NCBI GenBank assembly: GCA_043758105.1
Contig: JAYVOF010000038.1
Coordinates: 864-64,863 of the forward strand
Direction: 5' to 3'
Origin: Rhodospirillales bacterium
Lineage (GTDB): Bacteria > Pseudomonadota > Alphaproteobacteria > Acetobacterales > Acetobacteraceae
DNA: 64,000 nt
Positions within the stretch are counted from its first letter, which is position 1. Each line of letters starts with the position of its first letter. The translations under genes were made by a program, and so were the position numbers. The notes under the pieces were generated by a model that saw only the letters and a program-made list of their open reading frames with translations, ran no database searches and was not told the DNA's origin. Positions 60,517-64,000 of the stretch are shown one piece after another.

Positions 60517-61470
60517 GTGGGTAAACCCGTTCTGGCCATGCTGCGCGTACTGGCGGTGGCGGGTTGGATCGCGGGTTGTGCAGCCGGGAGTGCAGGGAGT
60601 GCAGCCGAAGTACTGGCTATCCCGGCCGTGATTGCTTTCTGGGTGCTGCTGGTCTTTGGCATACTGGCCGGGTGCGTCGGGCCGGTGGGGGCCGAGGATG
60701 CGGCAATGACCATCCCGGTCACGACCGCGGACGGCCAGCGCGTGGACCTCCAGGCCCGGCTATGCCGCCCGCCTGGCGAGGCACCGGCGCGCCTGGTGGT
60801 GATCGCGCACGGCTCACCGCCGCATGAGGCGGACCGGCTCGGAATGCAGCTCAGTCATTGCACCGGGGAGGTGGCGCGCTGGTTCACGGCCCGGGGCTAT
60901 GCCGTGCTGTTCACGCTCCGCCGCGGGTATGGCGCGACCGGAGGGGCGTGGGCGGAGGGGTATGGCGGCTGTGCACGGGCCGATTATGCGCGGGCCGGGC
61001 TGGAGACGGCGCGGGATATCGACGCGACCATCACCGCCGGGCTAGCGATGCCGGGCATCCAGCCGAATGGTGCGGTCCTGGTCGGGCAGTCCGCGGGGGG
61101 TTGGGGGGCGATAGCCTATGGCAGCCAGCGCCATCCGGGGACGGCTGCCATCCTGGTCATGGCCGGGGGCCGCGGCGGGCACCATGATGGAGTGCCGAAC
61201 CGCAATTGCCGTCCGGACCGCCTGGCGGAGGCGGCGGGACAGTTCGGCGCCACGTCCCGCACGCCGATGCTGTGGATCTATGCCGAGAACGACAGTTTTT
61301 TCGCCCCTGAGATAGCGGCCGCGATGCACCGGGCCTTCACCGCCGCCGGGGGCCGCGCCACGCTGCTGCAGCCCGGACCGTTCGACGGGGACGGCCACCG
61401 CCTGCTGTTCGGACCCGGCGGCTCGGCCGTGTGGGGTCCGGCGGTTAAGCAGTTCCTTGCGCAGCCTTAG
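60517..61470 (+). CDS. alpha/beta hydrolase (dienelactone hydrolase / S9-like), membrane- or lipid-anchored
   Basis: A GQSAGG nucleophile elbow, VVIAHGSP, and a late D/H region (ENDSFF...GDGHRL). The N-terminus has two hydrophobic segments, each ending in a lipobox-like AGC (WIAGC, ILAGC). The start codon is uncertain (GTG 60517 or ATG 60538). Confidence 0.6.
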   Translation: MGKPVLAMLRVLAVAGWIAGCAAGSAGSAAEVLAIPAVIAFWVLLVFGILAGCVGPVGAEDAAMTIPVTTADGQRVDLQARLCRPPGEAPARLVVIAHGSPPHEADRLGMQLSHCTGEVARWFTARGYAVLFTLRRGYGATGGAWAEGYGGCARADYARAGLETARDIDATITAGLAMPGIQPNGAVLVGQSAGGWGAIAYGSQRHPGTAAILVMAGGRGGHHDGVPNRNCRPDRLAEAAGQFGATSRTPMLWIYAENDSFFAPEIAAAMHRAFTAAGGRATLLQPGPFDGDGHRLLFGPGGSAVWGPAVKQFLAQP

Positions 61471-62350
61471 CCTGCTGGTTCTGGTGGCCGGATGCGCAGC
61501 GGAACCGCCCAGCACGGGCCCGGCCTGCGAATTGGTGGCGCTGGGCCAGATCCCGGTGGTGTTCCGCGCCCAGGTGCCGCTGGTACAAGCCGCGCTGAAT
61601 GGCCGGGACGCGGTCGCGATGCTGGATACCGGGTCCGCCATTACGGTGCTGGCGCCGGAGACTGCGGCCCGGATCGGCGTGCCGGGCTCGGGGTTGCGGC
61701 CGCTGGGCTTGGTCGGCGCCGGCGGCCGGGTCACGGCGCCGCCCGTGGGCTTGGAAACCATCACGCTGGGCCGCTTCACCATCCATGGCCTGCTTGCGGT
61801 CACGGCGCCGTTGCCGTTGCCGGGCTTGGACGCGCTGTTCGGGTTCAACCTGCTGGACCAAGTCGAACTTGACCTGGATGGCCCGGCCCGGCGTCTCACC
61901 CTCTACCGCCACCGCTCGTGCGCGGGCATGACCCCCGCGGGTGCCGGGTGGGAGCGCCTGCCGACCGAGACCGTCGCGCACCACCTCCGCCTGCCGATCG
62001 AGGTGAATGGCGTGACGTTCCGCGCCACGTTGGACACCGGCGCCTCCACCACCATTCTCACCCCCGCCACGGCCACGCGCGCCGGTATCCCACCCGAGGC
62101 TCTGGCCGCGGCCCCCGCCCAGCGGACCGAGGCGTTGGGGCCGGACACAGCGACGCTGCAGGCCGTCCGCTTTACCCAGCTACGCGTGGGGACCGTGGTG
62201 GTGGACAGGCCGGTGCTGCGCGTGGGCGCGCTGCCGGAGGCGACGGGGGAGGCGCTGCTGGGCGGGGATTTCTTGGCGACCCGGCGGATTTGGTTGGCGT
62301 TGGGGCGGGGAGAGGTTTGGGTGGCCCCTGCCGCTCCGGCGCTGCGCTGA
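61457..62350 (+). CDS. retropepsin-like (clan AA) aspartic protease lipoprotein, two-lobed
   Basis: Lipobox LVLVAGC. It has two D-T-G active-site motifs (AMLDTGSAITVL and ATLDTGASTTIL), each followed by an ...A.R.G(I/V)P segment. It overlaps the upstream hydrolase gene by 14 nt. Confidence 0.65.
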   Translation: MRSLSLLVLVAGCAAEPPSTGPACELVALGQIPVVFRAQVPLVQAALNGRDAVAMLDTGSAITVLAPETAARIGVPGSGLRPLGLVGAGGRVTAPPVGLETITLGRFTIHGLLAVTAPLPLPGLDALFGFNLLDQVELDLDGPARRLTLYRHRSCAGMTPAGAGWERLPTETVAHHLRLPIEVNGVTFRATLDTGASTTILTPATATRAGIPPEALAAAPAQRTEALGPDTATLQAVRFTQLRVGTVVVDRPVLRVGALPEATGEALLGGDFLATRRIWLALGRGEVWVAPAAPALR

Positions 62351-62416
62351 CGCGCCACCGGGTTGGCAACGCCGGGTGGGCTCGCCTAGGCTGCGGCCAA
62401 ACACGGGAGGCCATCC

Positions 62417-63886
62417 ATGACCATCGATCGTCGCCGGCTGCTGCATGCCTCCAGTGCTGCGCTCGCGACGTTGGCCGCGGTGCCGGTGGCGGCGCAGACT
62501 AACCAGCCCGACACCACCCCGCGCGAGGCCAAGCCGGCTACGCCTAAGCCGCCGCCCGTGACTCACATCGTCGCCCGCTACGCCGCCACGTCGCCGGCCG
62601 AACTCATCCCGGACGCGGTGAAGCACGAGGCGACGCGGACGCTGCTGAACTGGGTCGGCTGCGCGGTCGGCGGATCGCAGCAGCCGGCGCCGCGCCGGGC
62701 GGTGGCGGCACTGGCCCCGTTTGCCGGCCCCGCGCAAGCGAGCCTGCTGGGCCGGACCGAGCGGCTGGACGCGCTGAATGCGGCGTTGGTGAACGGTATC
62801 AGCTCCCACGTGCTGGACTATGACGACACCCACCTGAAAACCATCATCCACCCGGCCGGGCCGGTGGCGTCCGCGCTGCTGGCCCTGGCGGAATATCGCC
62901 CGGTCTCCGGGGCCGAGTTCATGAACGCGCTGGTGCTGGGCTGCGAAATCGAGTGCCGGATGGGCAACGCGGTGTTCCCGGAGCACTACGCGCTGGGCTG
63001 GCATATCACCGGCACCACCGGGGTGTTCGGCGCGGCCACGGCGGTCGGGCGCGTGCTCGGCCTCGATGAGCGGCACATGGCCTGGGCGCTGGGCCTCGCC
63101 GCGTCGCAGCCTGTGGGGTTGAAGGTGCAATTCGGCAGCGACACCAAGGCCTTCCACCCCGGACGCGCCGCGCAGAACGGCATGCTGGCCGCGCTGATGG
63201 CCGCGCAGGGCTACACCGCGTCCGAGGTGGCGCTGGAGGGCTTCGACGGCTGGGGCCAGGCGATGAGCCCGCGGCGCGATTGGGCCGAGGTGACGGAGGG
63301 TTTGGGCGAGCGCTATGAGATCGGCCTCAACACCTACAAACCCTTCGCCTGCGGCATCGTGGCGCACCCGGCGATCGACGCGGCCATCCGACTGCGCCAG
63401 GCAAATACGCTGCGCCCCGAGCAAATCCAGGCAGTGGCGCTGCGCGTGCATCCGCTGGTGCTGAATCTGATGGGCAAGGAGACGCCGCAGGCCGGGCTCG
63501 AGGGCAAGTTCAGCATCTATCACGCCGTGGCCGTGGCACTGGTCACCGGCCATGCGGGCGAGCAGGCGTTCACCGACCGGGCCGTTTCTGACCCGGTGGT
63601 GATCGGCGTGCGCCAGAAGGTGACCACCACCATCGACCCGGCGCTCAAGCCCGATCAGGTGGACATGACCATTACATTGGTGGACGGACGCACGCTGCAT
63701 CAGTTCATCGAACACGCGGTGGGCAGCCAACTGGCCCCGATGACGGACGCGCAGCTGGACGACAAGGTCTCGGGATTGTCGGAGGAAATCCTATCGCCGG
63801 CCCGCACCCGCGCGCTGATCGCGCTATGCCGCGGGGTGTGGCAACTGCCGGATGCGGGGGAGATCGGGCGGGCTGCGGCGGCGTGA
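62417..63886 (+). CDS. MmgE/PrpD-family protein with a Tat-type signal peptide
   Basis: N-terminus MTIDRRRLLHASSAALATLAAVPVAAQ. The body has LNWVGCAVGG, LDYDDTH, HPAGPV and WHITGTTGVFGAA, the MmgE/PrpD blocks. Confidence 0.7.
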   Translation: MTIDRRRLLHASSAALATLAAVPVAAQTNQPDTTPREAKPATPKPPPVTHIVARYAATSPAELIPDAVKHEATRTLLNWVGCAVGGSQQPAPRRAVAALAPFAGPAQASLLGRTERLDALNAALVNGISSHVLDYDDTHLKTIIHPAGPVASALLALAEYRPVSGAEFMNALVLGCEIECRMGNAVFPEHYALGWHITGTTGVFGAATAVGRVLGLDERHMAWALGLAASQPVGLKVQFGSDTKAFHPGRAAQNGMLAALMAAQGYTASEVALEGFDGWGQAMSPRRDWAEVTEGLGERYEIGLNTYKPFACGIVAHPAIDAAIRLRQANTLRPEQIQAVALRVHPLVLNLMGKETPQAGLEGKFSIYHAVAVALVTGHAGEQAFTDRAVSDPVVIGVRQKVTTTIDPALKPDQVDMTITLVDGRTLHQFIEHAVGSQLAPMTDAQLDDKVSGLSEEILSPARTRALIALCRGVWQLPDAGEIGRAAAA

Positions 63887-64000
63887 TGTCGGGGTCCGGT
63901 TGATTATGGCCTCGCACCGCCGACATGCTCTGAAAAGGCTCATTTGTGTGGCTTTGAGAGGCCTATGCGCACTTCCGGTTAGACTTTGGAGAATATGGGT

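Overview
High-GC alphaproteobacterial-type chromosomal segment. Gene content and a GTTC-N7-GTTC SOS box suggest a Rhodospirillales/Acetobacteraceae-like host, but this is not proven. The core is a complete dcw division/cell-wall cluster on the minus strand (mraZ-rsmH-ftsL-ftsI-murE-murF-mraY-murD-ftsW-murG-murC-murB-ddl-ftsQ-ftsA-ftsZ, about 32.9-52.0 kb). After a roughly 5 kb insertion (PaoABC-like periplasmic aldehyde oxidoreductase plus a MetX-like hydrolase) it continues as lpxC-bamD-recN-ligA. Housekeeping genes flank it: gabD, gor, ppa, tRNA-Met(CAU), ettA, mlaA/mlaC-like, metF, uvrD, prmA, an M24 aminopeptidase, rnpB (RNase P RNA), an AmpD/AmiD-type amidase, djlA, an AsmA-family protein, fumC and queG. 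Accessory material: (i) the left edge (1-4.9 kb) holds a two-gene Hachiman-like module (PD-(D/E)xK-like protein plus a Hel308-like DExH helicase that runs off the window) next to a heavily decayed tyrosine integrase and a DUF29 gene; (ii) an IS4-family insertion sequence lies between gor and ppa; (iii) a more AT-rich parDE toxin-antitoxin islet; (iv) a three-gene envelope operon (Cys-rich secreted peptide, alpha/beta hydrolase, retropepsin-like lipoprotein). The most unusual signal I found is not a gene cluster. It is a family of about 35-40 nt palindromic repeats (CCCCCTCTCCC-loop-GGGAGAGGGTTGGGGTGAGGG), often arranged as inverted pairs about 150 bp long. Copies lie in frame inside essential dcw genes: an internal copy in the murG interdomain linker, a pair forming a C-terminal tail on MurB, and a pair at the murG 5' end. 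One copy carries the IS in its loop. Three further unrelated palindromic repeat types also occupy dcw intergenic gaps. Nothing was run against databases; all family calls rest on motif recognition in hand-read translations.
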